From Bdellovibrionales bacterium (GTDB lineage: Bacteria > Bdellovibrionota > Bdellovibrionia > Bdellovibrionales > JAUICD01), in assembly GCA_965262715.1 (NCBI GenBank), contig OZ253553.1:2752001-2816000 (forward strand): a DNA stretch of 64,000 nt, given 5' to 3'. A program made the translations under genes and the position numbers. Shown piece by piece: positions 47,966 through 59,500 of the stretch. Each line of letters opens with the position of its first letter. The stretch's first letter is position 1. The notes beneath the pieces are model-generated. The model had not been told where the DNA came from, made no database searches, and worked only from the letters and a program-made list of their open reading frames with translations.

Positions 47966-48532
47966 ATGAAGACTTTTGCAATATGTTTCTTAGCATTACT
48001 TATTTATCAAAGTGAGAGTTTAGGGTCTGTTAATGATTCCAATCTTTGGAGTGATTTTGAAGACTCAATACATGAATATACTGAAACTCAAAATATAATA
48101 GAGATATATCAAGTCAGTGAAATGAATGTAAAAAATGAAGCCTTGTTTTTCATTAGAATCTATGACAACAATACTGATGAAATCATATTTGAAGACGAAT
48201 TAGTATTGCCTTTGGAACTTGCTATAAACTTACAAGATGGAAATCCTGAAAGTATTCAATACTTGCTTGAGTGGGATGAGTTGATTATTAATGAGGCTAG
48301 ATCTTTAAATTCAATGTCTTCTGAGGGGCAAGAAAAAATGCAGTTTGCTTTTCTTAATCGTGAAGATAAAATAAAAAGAGAATGTGATGCTGGAAGATAT
48401 GAAGTTTGTAGTAGTGTATCGGGAGATGGAGAAGAAGCATATCGATATACTAAGAAAGGTTGTGAAAAAGGAAAACATCCTCATGCTTGTCAAGAACTTA
48501 AAATTCTAGAAGAACAAAGACAGCTAAAATAG
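47966..48532 (+). CDS. Secreted hypothetical protein with C-terminal Sel1-like Cys repeat
   Basis: Signal-like MKTFAICFLALLI; AYRYTKKGCEKG..HAC. Confidence 0.65.
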   Translation: MKTFAICFLALLIYQSESLGSVNDSNLWSDFEDSIHEYTETQNIIEIYQVSEMNVKNEALFFIRIYDNNTDEIIFEDELVLPLELAINLQDGNPESIQYLLEWDELIINEARSLNSMSSEGQEKMQFAFLNREDKIKRECDAGRYEVCSSVSGDGEEAYRYTKKGCEKGKHPHACQELKILEEQRQLK

Positions 48533-48685
48533 TAAGTGAATATTATAACTAGATTGAGTTTACTTGGTTTCTTCAATCTTGTTTGTTATGTTTTAATTTC
48601 TACTTAGAAAAGTATCCAATAGTGTCTTTTATTCTATCTTACAGTCTATTTCTTAAATCATTAGCATTTTCATAATCAATCAAGC

Positions 48686-50620
48686 TCAAATATTCTGTTT
48701 TTTATCTGCTGATTGGAAAAAATAACAAAGCCTTATAGTCATTGCCCATAAAAAGTTTGACCATCCGTTAAAGAAATCACTATATTCTATTAAACCATGA
48801 GCAAGTTTGTTGCGATAATTTCCACCATATTTTTCAACTAAAAGTGCCTGCAAACAAAACACCATATCTTCTCCAAATATCGTAAATATCGTTTTGGCAT
48901 CAGGATAATAAAGTATTTTATTGAGATTGTGTTCTTCTTGGATAAAATCATTTTGATTTTGAATATAGCTTTGTTCTTTTTGCTCCTTGTGTTTCTTTCT
49001 TTCTTCTTTTAATTTTGGTAGTAATCCTTTTCGTTCTAAAATTATACGAATGGAATTTTCAATTTGAGGAATCAGTAGATGCGTACAAACTAAATACTCA
49101 CCTTTCAACCCTGCTTTAAAACCATCAATAAAGATTTGTTCTCTCCCAGTTGGTACAAATGGATTCTTTTCAACTAAACTTTTAAAAATATCTGAATCTG
49201 CCCGATTTTCTAATTTTTTTCTAGCTAATTCTATTGAAGATAGACCTCTAAGATTAATATGTTGTGAACAACGCATGATCATTTCAGATCTTATTCCTTC
49301 GTCTCTACCTTCTTTATCAGATGTGTTGATAGGCAATGATCTTGCAATAATACGATTTTTTTCATTAAGGATTTTTTTAGAAGTAAGATGTGAAAACCTA
49401 GACTCTTTAGCTACTTGTTCAACAGATCTACGCAAATCTTCTTTTTTAGGAGGTTCTGCCATTGCAGAGATTATCTCAATTATGTCTTTATCACTTTTAA
49501 CATTTTCTTGAACAAATTTTTGAGTTTTTTTCACTATAGGGGTTACATCCATCTTTATAGAATATTTTTTAAATTTAATATTTTTAGATATTTCATTCAT
49601 TTCTGAATGTAACTCATCAATCAACTTTTTTAATCCACCATGGTTTTTACATGCCTTTATTGCATTTTCATAAGGCTCAATAAGAACAATAGCATCAATA
49701 CCTGATTCTCTAAGATTTCTTGCTTGAGTCACATAAGAATCTACACACCTTCTTTTAAGCTCTTTAACACCTTCTTCATCATTTATAGATTTAGTCATTT
49801 CTATGGCTATTTCAAGATAATTTCTTGCTCTTTCAAATTTATTCTTAGAAATCAATTGAAATGAGAGCTTTTTACATTCAGATAGCCATGTTTTTTTCTC
49901 TTCCAAGCTCTCTATTGAGTCATATATATTATACTTTACAAAAATTTTCAAAAAATTAATACGAAAGATATATGGAGATTCTTCCATATTAAAATCAACA
50001 ATGTCTTTTAGAGATACAAAAATATCTTTAAATTGTTCTTTGGGTTTTCCTAACTGATTCCAAATTTGACAAGCACGTTCAAAAGATTCCTCTCCACTAG
50101 AATAAAGAAAAGCGTTGTCATTTGGTTTAGAGCTATCTACTTTTTTTCGAGCATTCAGTAGTTTTGTGACATGCTTTGTATGATTAATAAAATTATCAAA
50201 TGCTATGTCTGCAAACTCTCGCTTTCTATACCTTAACCAAAGGATGTCTGCAAAACGAGCATCTACAAAAGAGATATTTGATTTGCCAATAAGAGACTTG
50301 ATGACATTAAGATTTTTTTCTGTAAAATCAGTAATTATTGCAGTACGTCCTTTATTAAAATTCATCATAGCTGCATATGGCTGTTTTGGGTTATCTTTGA
50401 CAAAATAAATTAAAAAGATCTGGGTTAAAAACATGTAAAACTCTGAATTTTCTTTTTTACCTTCTTTTTTTGCTTGCTCTGCTTTTTTACAGAATGCATC
50501 ATATAAGTCGATATAATTAACTTTTCCTTGTTCATTTACAATTTTAACCCAATCATTTTTTTCTGCTACTTCAATTGTTATATTGGGAAAGAAATCTTTT
50601 ATTAAAATGTTATTTTGCAT
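48686..50620 (-). CDS. DUF4209-like (HEPN-type) domain protein
   Basis: ARFADILW N-terminal block; HLLIPQIENSIR and GGNYRNKLAHGL C-terminal motifs; AAGGAG RBS. Confidence 0.75.
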   Translation of the reverse strand: MQNNILIKDFFPNITIEVAEKNDWVKIVNEQGKVNYIDLYDAFCKKAEQAKKEGKKENSEFYMFLTQIFLIYFVKDNPKQPYAAMMNFNKGRTAIITDFTEKNLNVIKSLIGKSNISFVDARFADILWLRYRKREFADIAFDNFINHTKHVTKLLNARKKVDSSKPNDNAFLYSSGEESFERACQIWNQLGKPKEQFKDIFVSLKDIVDFNMEESPYIFRINFLKIFVKYNIYDSIESLEEKKTWLSECKKLSFQLISKNKFERARNYLEIAIEMTKSINDEEGVKELKRRCVDSYVTQARNLRESGIDAIVLIEPYENAIKACKNHGGLKKLIDELHSEMNEISKNIKFKKYSIKMDVTPIVKKTQKFVQENVKSDKDIIEIISAMAEPPKKEDLRRSVEQVAKESRFSHLTSKKILNEKNRIIARSLPINTSDKEGRDEGIRSEMIMRCSQHINLRGLSSIELARKKLENRADSDIFKSLVEKNPFVPTGREQIFIDGFKAGLKGEYLVCTHLLIPQIENSIRIILERKGLLPKLKEERKKHKEQKEQSYIQNQNDFIQEEHNLNKILYYPDAKTIFTIFGEDMVFCLQALLVEKYGGNYRNKLAHGLIEYSDFFNGWSNFLWAMTIRLCYFFQSADKKQNI

Positions 50621-51048
50621 TTTAATTCTCCTTGCCTGTATAAATTTTCTAAAGAAAAATGTAAATCTTTGATATTAGAAAAATCTTCTTCTTGGGAGAA
50701 GCTAGATATATCACATTGTAAACAATGTTCAACATCTTTTTGAGATAAATAATACTTTTGTATTAAGTTAAACTTTATTTGATCATTATTTTTTCTATAT
50801 TCCTGACCCCCTGCTAAAAAAGAAAAAAAATATTTTTAATAATTGGATTGAGATATTCCTGAATTTCATTAACTATTTTTTACAAGCTATTTAGGCAATA
50901 ATCATACTCAAAGAAGGCCTTGAGATAACCTTTTATAAAAAATCGAGAAGATATAATATTTTTTTATACATTTTTGTCTTGTTTTGAGTCTCTGTAATTT
51001 TAAGAATATTATGAAGTAACCCGATTTATGGTAAAAAGGAGTCGCTAG

Positions 51049-51459
51049 ATGGGTAAATTTGTTGATTCAACTCTTGGAAAAATTATTCTTTTCATAGTTA
51101 CCATTTTAGGTGCTTTTTATGATGTCTTTGATTTACGGTATCTTCTTGTTTGTATAGTAATTGGAACAGGAGTGTGGGTAATCTTAAAATTCAAAAATGT
51201 AATTAAAGAACATCCTATTTATACTTGCTCGACAATAGCTATTCTAACAGTTATAGTACATTTTACTTTTTACTACTCTTATTCTTTTTCTTTTAAAAAA
51301 CAAAATAGACCTCTGGTTTATGAGAAAGCGTCAACCATACCAATAAAATGTGAGGACAAGCCATGCCCTATAATAGATATCAATCAACTAATAAAATTGT
51401 GTCCAGATAATACAAACCATGAAAAATTTTCTAATTGTCTCGATCAATACCCTGACTAA
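51049..51459 (+). CDS. Membrane hypothetical protein (possibly 5' half of a frameshifted gene with 51519..51791)
   Basis: AAGGAG RBS; three hydrophobic segments. Confidence 0.55.
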   Translation: MGKFVDSTLGKIILFIVTILGAFYDVFDLRYLLVCIVIGTGVWVILKFKNVIKEHPIYTCSTIAILTVIVHFTFYYSYSFSFKKQNRPLVYEKASTIPIKCEDKPCPIIDINQLIKLCPDNTNHEKFSNCLDQYPD

Positions 51460-51518
51460 AAGACTTAAGACAAAGAGCTTCTAAACATAAAAGCCCTTTC
51501 CAATATGAACATATTCCA

Positions 51519-51791
51519 GTGGCTATTAGCTTTCCAGATGATGAACCTTCTGAAGGTGTCTTTATTACTTGTAGCAATAGTCAGTTTTTAGGTAGAAAAA
51601 TACAAATATCAAATCCTGTTGATCTTTCTAAAAAAATAGCGAGAGAATATGGAGGCCATAGTGGACTGAGCTGTACAACAGAACCTCTTGAAATTCGACT
51701 TAATAAAGAAGATGGGTTAGAGCTTTTTGGAAAGCCTTTATTTAAAGATGGTAAGCCGATAAGAAAAGGATTAGCTGTACAAATTCAATAA
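51519..51791 (+). CDS. Hypothetical protein or 3' half of the preceding gene
   Basis: Open frame without a clear RBS. Confidence 0.4.
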   Translation: MAISFPDDEPSEGVFITCSNSQFLGRKIQISNPVDLSKKIAREYGGHSGLSCTTEPLEIRLNKEDGLELFGKPLFKDGKPIRKGLAVQIQ

Positions 51792-51980
51792 CTCAAATGG
51801 TCTATTTTGAGATTCTATATATTTTAATTGATTTAATAAAATAATTCAAGAGCTTTCCATCTTAATCAAAAATTAAAACTTAAGAAATACTCTTAAAAAG
51901 TCGATTAATAATAATATTTCGATCTTACTTAATTTCAAAATATATCATTAAAAAAACACAAAATATAGGATTTTCAAGTT

Positions 51981-54134
51981 ATGAATTTTGTTGACGATAT
52001 TATACTTAATCCTATAGCTTTCAGTTTCAGTGTAATGATTATAATTTCGGCATTTTTTGGATACTTCAAACCAAGCAGAAGACTTCAAAGTATTAAAAAA
52101 AGGCTAGAAGAAGCTATTAAGCTACTTCCAAAAAAAGATCATAGAAATGAGTTTGCAAAAAATTACCAAAATATCATTAATGAAGATTTTAGCAGAGATG
52201 ATTCTATTTTCTCTTATCTTTGGAAGGAGTTTACAGAACAACTCATATATCCATCTCAAGAAGTTATTGTTTTTCAAAATAGTATTCGTCCAGAAAAGTT
52301 TTTCACTTTAAATCATATTCTTGGACAACATAAAATTAACTTAAGATGGCTTAATTCTTTGCCAGGAGTGTTGGTAGGATTAGGTGTATTGGGCACATTT
52401 GCAGGGCTGACTTGGTCACTCATATCTGTTGTTCCTGATCTGTCTGAAGGTGGAAAGAATCTCAATGATGCTGTTAAAACTCTTATCAAAGGATCAGGTA
52501 TAGCATTTGTTACTTCTATTGTAGGACTCTTTTCTAGTTTGATTTTTAATTTTTTCTCAGATCATAGAATGTCTAAAATACAAGGTTTAGTAGATGAATT
52601 CAATTCTAATTTAGAAAAGAGTTTAAAATTTATAACAGAAGAACATCTACTTACTTTGCATTTAAAAGAAATGTCTCAGCAAGGGAAATACTTAGAGAAT
52701 ATGGATGAGAAAATAGCTTTGAAGATAGGAGACATGACCAAACAAATAGGAATGGAAATTAAGAATGTTGTCTCAAAAAGTAACCAAAGTATGTCAGAAA
52801 ACTTTTTTACAGATATTGCTAATAAAATAGCAAACTCGATGGAGGGGTTTTCTAAACAACAAGCAGAAAATCTAAATAAAAACTTATCTATGTTGCAAGA
52901 TACTATTCCATCTTTAATAGAGCGTCTTGACAATTCTCAAAAACAAAATGAGCAAGCAACATCGGGTGCAATTAACAATCTGGCTTCTATAAGTACAGAT
53001 AATCAAAAACAATTAGATCAGAGAAATAAAGAGTTCTGTTTACATCTTGAAAAATCACAAAAACAAAGTGAAGAAAGTATGAAAGCTGTGATGCATAACA
53101 TGTTCTCTGCTCATCAGAATACTCAAAAACAGGCCATTGATACTATGCAGAGTATGAAGAGTGGTCTCGAGAGTGTTACATCGAACTTCAAACAGGGTAT
53201 GAATCAGACTTTCTTAAATTCATCAGAAGAACTTAAAAAACTTTTGGATAGCTCTAGCCAAGTGAATAGTAACATTTTAAAACAAACTAAGGATGCACAA
53301 ACAGTATATCAAACACATCTAGATCAAAAAAATAAAGAGTTCAATTTACATCTTGAAAAATCACAAAAACAAAATGAAGAAAATATGAAAGCTGTGATGC
53401 ATAACATGTTCTCTGCTCATCAGAATACTCAAAAACAGGTCATTGGATCTATTTTTAGCACTATGCAAGGTATGAGAGGTGATCTTGAAAATATCACATC
53501 AGATTTCAAGCAAGGCATGAATCAGACTCTTTCAAGCTCATCAGAAACACTTAAAAAGCTCTTAGATATTTCTATTCAAATTAATAGCAGTATTTTGAAA
53601 CAAACTAAAGATATACAAATAACTTACCAGAAACACTCAGATCAGTTTATAAGTAATTTGAACAAAGCAATAATAGAGGCTAAGGATATAACATCTAGTG
53701 TTAAAGCATCTGCTGAGGGTTTCTTTCAAGCTTCACATCAACAGGCTCAGGTTGCAGAAAAAAATGAACATCTTATTGATTCTTTTGATTCTCTATCTGA
53801 GCAACTTAGAAATATGTCAATTTCTGCATCTGATATGCTTCAAAAAACCCCTCAACTTATCACACAGATAGAGGCATCAAACCAATTTCTTAAAGATCTA
53901 TGGAATAGATATGAAAACAGATTTCAAGATGTTGATGAGTCTGCAAGTCATCTTTTTGAAAAAATCACTGAAGGATTGCAATTAGTTTCAAATCAAAGTG
54001 CTGAACATATTGAGCAGCTAAGTCAGCAATCTGCAAATGTTTCTAATCATTTTGCTCAGGCTGTTGAGCAGTTACAAGAAGCTATTGAGGAAATGAATGA
54101 CAGCAAAAACAGATCACCATTAAAAGCAAGTTAA
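51981..54134 (+). CDS. zorA: Zorya membrane protein ZorA with long helical tail
   Basis: PGVLVGLGVLGTFAGL and AFVTSIVG MotA-like TM motifs; ~480-aa helical tail. Confidence 0.9.
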   Translation: MNFVDDIILNPIAFSFSVMIIISAFFGYFKPSRRLQSIKKRLEEAIKLLPKKDHRNEFAKNYQNIINEDFSRDDSIFSYLWKEFTEQLIYPSQEVIVFQNSIRPEKFFTLNHILGQHKINLRWLNSLPGVLVGLGVLGTFAGLTWSLISVVPDLSEGGKNLNDAVKTLIKGSGIAFVTSIVGLFSSLIFNFFSDHRMSKIQGLVDEFNSNLEKSLKFITEEHLLTLHLKEMSQQGKYLENMDEKIALKIGDMTKQIGMEIKNVVSKSNQSMSENFFTDIANKIANSMEGFSKQQAENLNKNLSMLQDTIPSLIERLDNSQKQNEQATSGAINNLASISTDNQKQLDQRNKEFCLHLEKSQKQSEESMKAVMHNMFSAHQNTQKQAIDTMQSMKSGLESVTSNFKQGMNQTFLNSSEELKKLLDSSSQVNSNILKQTKDAQTVYQTHLDQKNKEFNLHLEKSQKQNEENMKAVMHNMFSAHQNTQKQVIGSIFSTMQGMRGDLENITSDFKQGMNQTLSSSSETLKKLLDISIQINSSILKQTKDIQITYQKHSDQFISNLNKAIIEAKDITSSVKASAEGFFQASHQQAQVAEKNEHLIDSFDSLSEQLRNMSISASDMLQKTPQLITQIEASNQFLKDLWNRYENRFQDVDESASHLFEKITEGLQLVSNQSAEHIEQLSQQSANVSNHFAQAVEQLQEAIEEMNDSKNRSPLKAS
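53013..53645 (+). repeat. Tandem duplication of ~102 codons in the ZorA tail
   Basis: LDQ.NKEF.LHLEKSQKQ.EE.MKAVMHNMFSAHQNTQKQ begins at 53013 and again at 53319. Confidence 0.9.
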
Positions 54135-54158
54135 GTAAAGTCTATTTAGGAAATTTTT

Positions 54159-55031
54159 ATGGAGAAGGGTTCTCATTACAATCTTTGTATTAGTGATTTG
54201 ATTATGGGGCTTTTATTTATCTTTATCCTTGTTTTATTGAAATTTATGCTAGAATTTCAAAGTAAAAAAGATGACCTATCAAAACCTTTGGTAGAAAGAG
54301 GTCATATCATTAAAAATATTAAAAAAGAGCTTGAAAAAGAAGGTATCAAATCTGAAATTGATGTGAAAAATGGAGTCTTAAAATTATCAAATGTTCATTA
54401 TTTTGATAAAGGTCAATATGAGTTAAGTGAAAAAGGCCGAAAAGATTTTGAACAAATAAAAAAAATATTATTTGAAAATATTACATGTTATTCTCACTTA
54501 AATAGTCAAATCACAAAACAACAATGGCCTTCAGGTCTTGAAAATGAAGGACGATTAATTGAATGGCAAAGCCATTGTAGTAAAACTCATAAAAACAAGT
54601 ATGGATTAATTGATTCTATTTTAATTGAAGGTCATGCTGACAAAACACCTATATCTAAAACTGGCAGTTTATCGAAAATAGGTGTCAAAACGAATTTAGA
54701 TCTAGCAGTCAAGAGATCTATAATAGCTTTTCAAGCTTTATCCGATTACGAGGAAGTAAGTTCTGATGAAAAGATATCTGCTGGTAATTACCTTTTTGCA
54801 CTCACTAATAAAAAAGAAAAGCCATTATTTGGAGTGACTTCTTTTGGAAACTTAAGAAGTCATCATAATAAGAAAAGCCGCAATCCTGCACAAATAGAAA
54901 AAGATCAAGGCCAAGATAGGCGTATTGATATCCGTTTTGTAATGGGACAGCCAAAAAACCTTAAGAGCATATCAAATTTAAATAAGAAAAAACCAAAAGG
55001 ACCTTGCGAGGAAAAGCTCAATGGAAGATGA
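54159..55031 (+). CDS. zorB: Zorya ZorB (MotB/OmpA-like)
   Basis: TM ISDLIMGLLFIFIL with conserved Asp; IEGHAD; RRIDIRF. Confidence 0.9.
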   Translation: MEKGSHYNLCISDLIMGLLFIFILVLLKFMLEFQSKKDDLSKPLVERGHIIKNIKKELEKEGIKSEIDVKNGVLKLSNVHYFDKGQYELSEKGRKDFEQIKKILFENITCYSHLNSQITKQQWPSGLENEGRLIEWQSHCSKTHKNKYGLIDSILIEGHADKTPISKTGSLSKIGVKTNLDLAVKRSIIAFQALSDYEEVSSDEKISAGNYLFALTNKKEKPLFGVTSFGNLRSHHNKKSRNPAQIEKDQGQDRRIDIRFVMGQPKNLKSISNLNKKKPKGPCEEKLNGR

Positions 55032-56529
55032 AAAAAAAATAGAAGATCATCTTGGAAGAATAGATAGAAGTGAAACTTATCACTTAAAATCATTTTTTAA
55101 AAGAAATTATAACTTGAATTCATTAAATTCATGTATTGATAACCTTTGGGCTAAATTATCATCACCACTTAAAAAAAGTAGAAAAGAGATAGAAGGCAAT
55201 ATTAAAAGTATGGATAGAGTGGGTTGTTTTAATGAATCTAATAATTTTGAGGTTAAAAATTTAAGAGAAATTTATAATGAATATCTAAAGCATTTCAGGT
55301 TATACGGAACAATTAAAAATATAAGAAAACTAAGACCTTTACTTAGAATTTTATTTCCAAATAATAAAGAAGGGATTAGAAAAGGTTTATATAACAATCA
55401 AGATCAGTTTGAAGATTTTTTAGACACTTTAATTATAAAAAATAAACAGCTTCTATTAAAACATCTTATATCAGAACTTCTTTATCATTACCCTAAAGAT
55501 CAAACAGACTTGCTATTTAAACGTCTTAGAAAAATCTATTGTCATTTAGATCAAAATAAAAAGAGTCACCAAGTGTTTATTGAAGCTAACAGACAGTTTC
55601 AATTAATCGATGGAGAAGGTCCATCAAAGATTGCTAAAGAAGTAATGGATACAAATAAAAACTTGGATTTAACTTTAAGGAGTCTTTGGATAGGAGAAAG
55701 ACACTTATCTTGTGGTATTGGTCAAGAGATTGTTAAAGAGATTTGCTCATTAGCTCAATCTCAAAATTTGATTGAAGATAGTCAAAGCTTAGATCGTTTT
55801 TTAACATACTTTTCAGTCTCAGTTAAAACAGAGGTATATATAGTCAGGTATAAAGATGTTCGACCTATTGTAAAAACTCTTTTGGGTCCTTTTAAGTACA
55901 AAGTACCAAATAAGCTTCATAAAAAGAAAATCACAAAATTTTTAGATCAGCATGTGGGAGATCCTAGACACAAATCTGAAAAATGGATATCTATGCATGG
56001 AGAAAAAGAAATTTTCTTAAAGTGGAAAATAGATGAAACTATAAAAGATTTTTTAGAATTGCTTTCCTATACAGCGAAAAAAGATTTTGATGTTAATAGA
56101 ATGTGGAAATATAGAAAGGAATTTATTGAATACTATTGGAAGGAAAATCATATTAGTGATGCTTGGATTGTATTAGGTAGAAAGGATTATGAAAACAGAG
56201 ATAAATTTTTGAAAGAAGGGTTACATGAGTATGGACAATTGATTTCTGGAGGAACTTCTTCTCATTCTGCTCTACTTTTTCAAATAGGTGATCTAATTAT
56301 TTCTGAATGGAATTACAATGGAAAAGCAAGAATATGGAAAAGAAGCAATAGATCTGCACCAAAATTTTATAAGCAAGAATATCCCAAAGGAAATTTAGAA
56401 AAATATGCTAATAAAGAAGTTATCCATCATTATTCTGAAGAATATAGTTGGCAAAGAAAAATGAGTGACTATATAGAAAGTTACACTGGAATCACATGTC
56501 CTGAAGTTTTATCGAAAAAGTTTTATTAA
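55021..56529 (+). CDS. zorC: Zorya ZorC-like (EH-signature domain) protein
   Basis: Position between zorB and SNF2 gene; GDPR..W, R..F..YW..I..AWIVLG, SALLFQIG..I.E..NG pattern. Confidence 0.78.
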   Translation: MEDEKKIEDHLGRIDRSETYHLKSFFKRNYNLNSLNSCIDNLWAKLSSPLKKSRKEIEGNIKSMDRVGCFNESNNFEVKNLREIYNEYLKHFRLYGTIKNIRKLRPLLRILFPNNKEGIRKGLYNNQDQFEDFLDTLIIKNKQLLLKHLISELLYHYPKDQTDLLFKRLRKIYCHLDQNKKSHQVFIEANRQFQLIDGEGPSKIAKEVMDTNKNLDLTLRSLWIGERHLSCGIGQEIVKEICSLAQSQNLIEDSQSLDRFLTYFSVSVKTEVYIVRYKDVRPIVKTLLGPFKYKVPNKLHKKKITKFLDQHVGDPRHKSEKWISMHGEKEIFLKWKIDETIKDFLELLSYTAKKDFDVNRMWKYRKEFIEYYWKENHISDAWIVLGRKDYENRDKFLKEGLHEYGQLISGGTSSHSALLFQIGDLIISEWNYNGKARIWKRSNRSAPKFYKQEYPKGNLEKYANKEVIHHYSEEYSWQRKMSDYIESYTGITCPEVLSKKFY

Positions 56530-56538
56530 GGAGGATTT

Positions 56539-59500
56539 ATGGCATTTAAAATAGAAAATGGATTTATTTATTTTCAATTTCAAAAAGAAGAGCTTACAAA
56601 AGATATTGAGTGTATTTTAAGTATTGCTCAAGCAGGTAAATCAAGGAAAGAAAACATTATAACTGCTAAGATAAAAAATGAGCAAATAGCTGATTTGAAT
56701 ATTCATCAAATCAAAAAACTAGGACTACCTCCAGTTTATCCCTATCGTTTAAAGATCAGTACAAGGGGAAGGCCTACAACACCAGCTTTCTCTTATGAAA
56801 TAAAATTTTTAGGTGAAAGATCTAGGTCTTTTTTCCATTATAAAAGAAATGGCGTTTTCTTGGAGCTAGATGGTCAGTCATTTACATTAACAAACCCTCA
56901 TTTTAAATTTGTAGAAAACTTAGAAAAAATGTCCTCTAATATCAAGAATCCAGGAGAACGATTAAAACTTTGGTCACAAGTTATAAAAGATGTGCCAAAG
57001 GAAATTGCCTTAGATAATGTAAAACTTTTAGATTTTCAATTTGTCAAATCTGATCGTTTTTGCTTGGATAAGACCTCTGACTATGATTTTAAAATTGTTC
57101 CTCAATTAATTTATAAAAAAGAGAAAGATGAAGATGAGGAAAATCAAATATCCCAACAGCTTCCACAAGGCATATCCAGAGAATTCCAAGAGAACTTTTT
57201 AAACACAGAGAGTGTTGACCCTTACTATAAAGTTGGTAATTATTATATGCAGTTATCAGAACCTCTTAAAGAGTGTCTAAAGGTCATAAAGAAAATCAAT
57301 AAGCAGCCATTAGAAAAGAGATGGGCTTTTTACCAAAGCCCTATGGAAAAAATTAAAAAAGAAATACCAGAAAGTCTATCAGAAGACTTATTGGATGAAG
57401 TATTTTTTGAAACGGAGGAATTTAAAAGTGGTCGAATTTCCCATTTTGGAATTTGGATCCCAAAAATCGGTATTTATATTGATCCAGATGATAAAAACCC
57501 ATGGTTTCCAAAAGATGATTTTGGTATAGAAATAGAAGATAGCTTTTTTCACTTCAATCCAAATCAATTAGGTACCGTTATTGAACAGTTAGAACAGAAA
57601 AAACAAAATGGAGAAGATACTCTTATTTATGAAAATCAAGCCATTCCTGTCAATGATCAAGTGATTTCCAAGATAAAAGAAGTAAAAGATAAAATTACTC
57701 AAGAGATTGAAAAAATAAAATCTCAACAAGGTAAATCCACAAATAAATCTAAAAGAGAAGTTGCTATTATTAAGGATAATATTAAAGAGTTGGTATATGA
57801 AGATTGTAAAGAAAAACGTCCTTATCTCAAAAAACATGCGTGTATTCCTTCAGTATTAGAAACTAAGTTTATAAAATACCCTCATCAAAAACAGGGTTTA
57901 TTTTGGCTACAAGAATCTTTTATTCAAGGACTTCCTGGGAGCTTGCTAGCTGATGATATGGGACTTGGGAAAACCTTTCAGACTCTTGCTTTTTTGTATT
58001 GGTATAAAGAAAATGTTCGAAGTAAAAAGCCTATTCTTGTTGTTGCTCCTACAGGGCTTTTAAAAAATTGGCAAGATGAACATGATATGCATTTACATAA
58101 AGATAGAGGCTTAGGTCGAAAATATAAAGCCTATGGTGAGTCTTTTAGAAAAGACAGAAAAAACACTGATAGAGCAGTAATCAATGAAATACAAAGATCA
58201 GATTGGGTTTTAGCCACCTATGAGTCCATTAGAGATCATCATAAGGATTATTTTATTAAAATTTCTTGGGGAATTATTGTTTTTGATGAAATACAAAAAA
58301 TTAAAAGCCCTTATTCACTAGCAACAGATACATCAAAGGCTCTTGATAGTGAATTTTCTATAGGTTTAACGGGGACTCCTATTGAAAACAGCTTGACTGA
58401 TTTGTGGTGTATATCAGATTGTCTTCATCCTAAAATACTGGGCATATTAGAAGATTTTCATAAAAAATATATTAAAAATAAACATTCTATAAATGATATT
58501 CAAGATAGGCTTTCAAAGAATCCTGCATTTATGTTGAGAAGGTTAAAACGAGATATATTAAAGGATTTACCAGAAAGAAAAATCATTAAAGAAAAAGTAA
58601 ATATGACAAGTAAGCAACAGGAAATGTATGAAGAAGTGATGAGAGATGTAAAATGTAAAAAGTACTCCACTAGCCTAAAAGCTATTGTGTTTTTAAAGAA
58701 GTATTCAGTTTATACTCAAGATTCCATTGAAGATTCCAATGAAGAGTTTATTAATTCCAGTGCAAAACTTAAATTACTTTTTAAGTTTTTAGAAGAAATA
58801 AAAACTAAGAATGAAAAGGTGTTAATTTGCATTGAAAGTAAAAAACAACAAAAAAATATAAAGGGTATTTGTGATGCAAGATATGATCTTCAGGTCAATA
58901 TTATCAATGGTGATATAAGTGGAGAACGACGCAAACAATTTGTTGATGAGTTTGGAAATACTAAAGGCTTTAACATTATGATTATTTCACCTAGAGCAGG
59001 AGGAATTGGGCTTAATATTGTTTCAGCTAATCACATCATTCATTTGGAGAGATGGTGGAATCCTGCTGTTGAGGATCAATGCAATGATCGTATTTTTAGA
59101 ATAGGTCAAAAGCGTCCAGTTTCTATTTATTATCTCTTAGCTGTACATCCTCACTATGGAGAAAATAGCTTTGATATTGTCTTACATAATCTTTTAGATA
59201 AAAAAAGAAAGATGCGAGAACAGACTCTAATACCTTCTGAACCTAATAAATATGAGCAAAATGAATTTTGTAGAATGATCACACATGAAGAGCCTTATTA
59301 TAACAATGAAGGATCTTTTTATAACAGTGAAGAATGGAAAGCTTTGAGGCAGGAAGCATTTCGAGAATATGGCAGTCAATGCTTAAGGTGTGGAAATAAA
59401 AATAATCTTGATGTAGATCATGTAAAACCAAGATCAAAATACCCAGGATTAGAATTAGACTTAAATAATCTTCAAATTTTATGTAGAGAATGTAACTACT

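Noticed and set aside
11743..57837. Short antisense ORFs within long genes (e.g. 11743, 14248, 20174, 22384, 28444, 37259, 46342, 49275, 52676, 57589)
   Set aside because: Shadow ORFs fully overlapping well-supported genes, with no motifs
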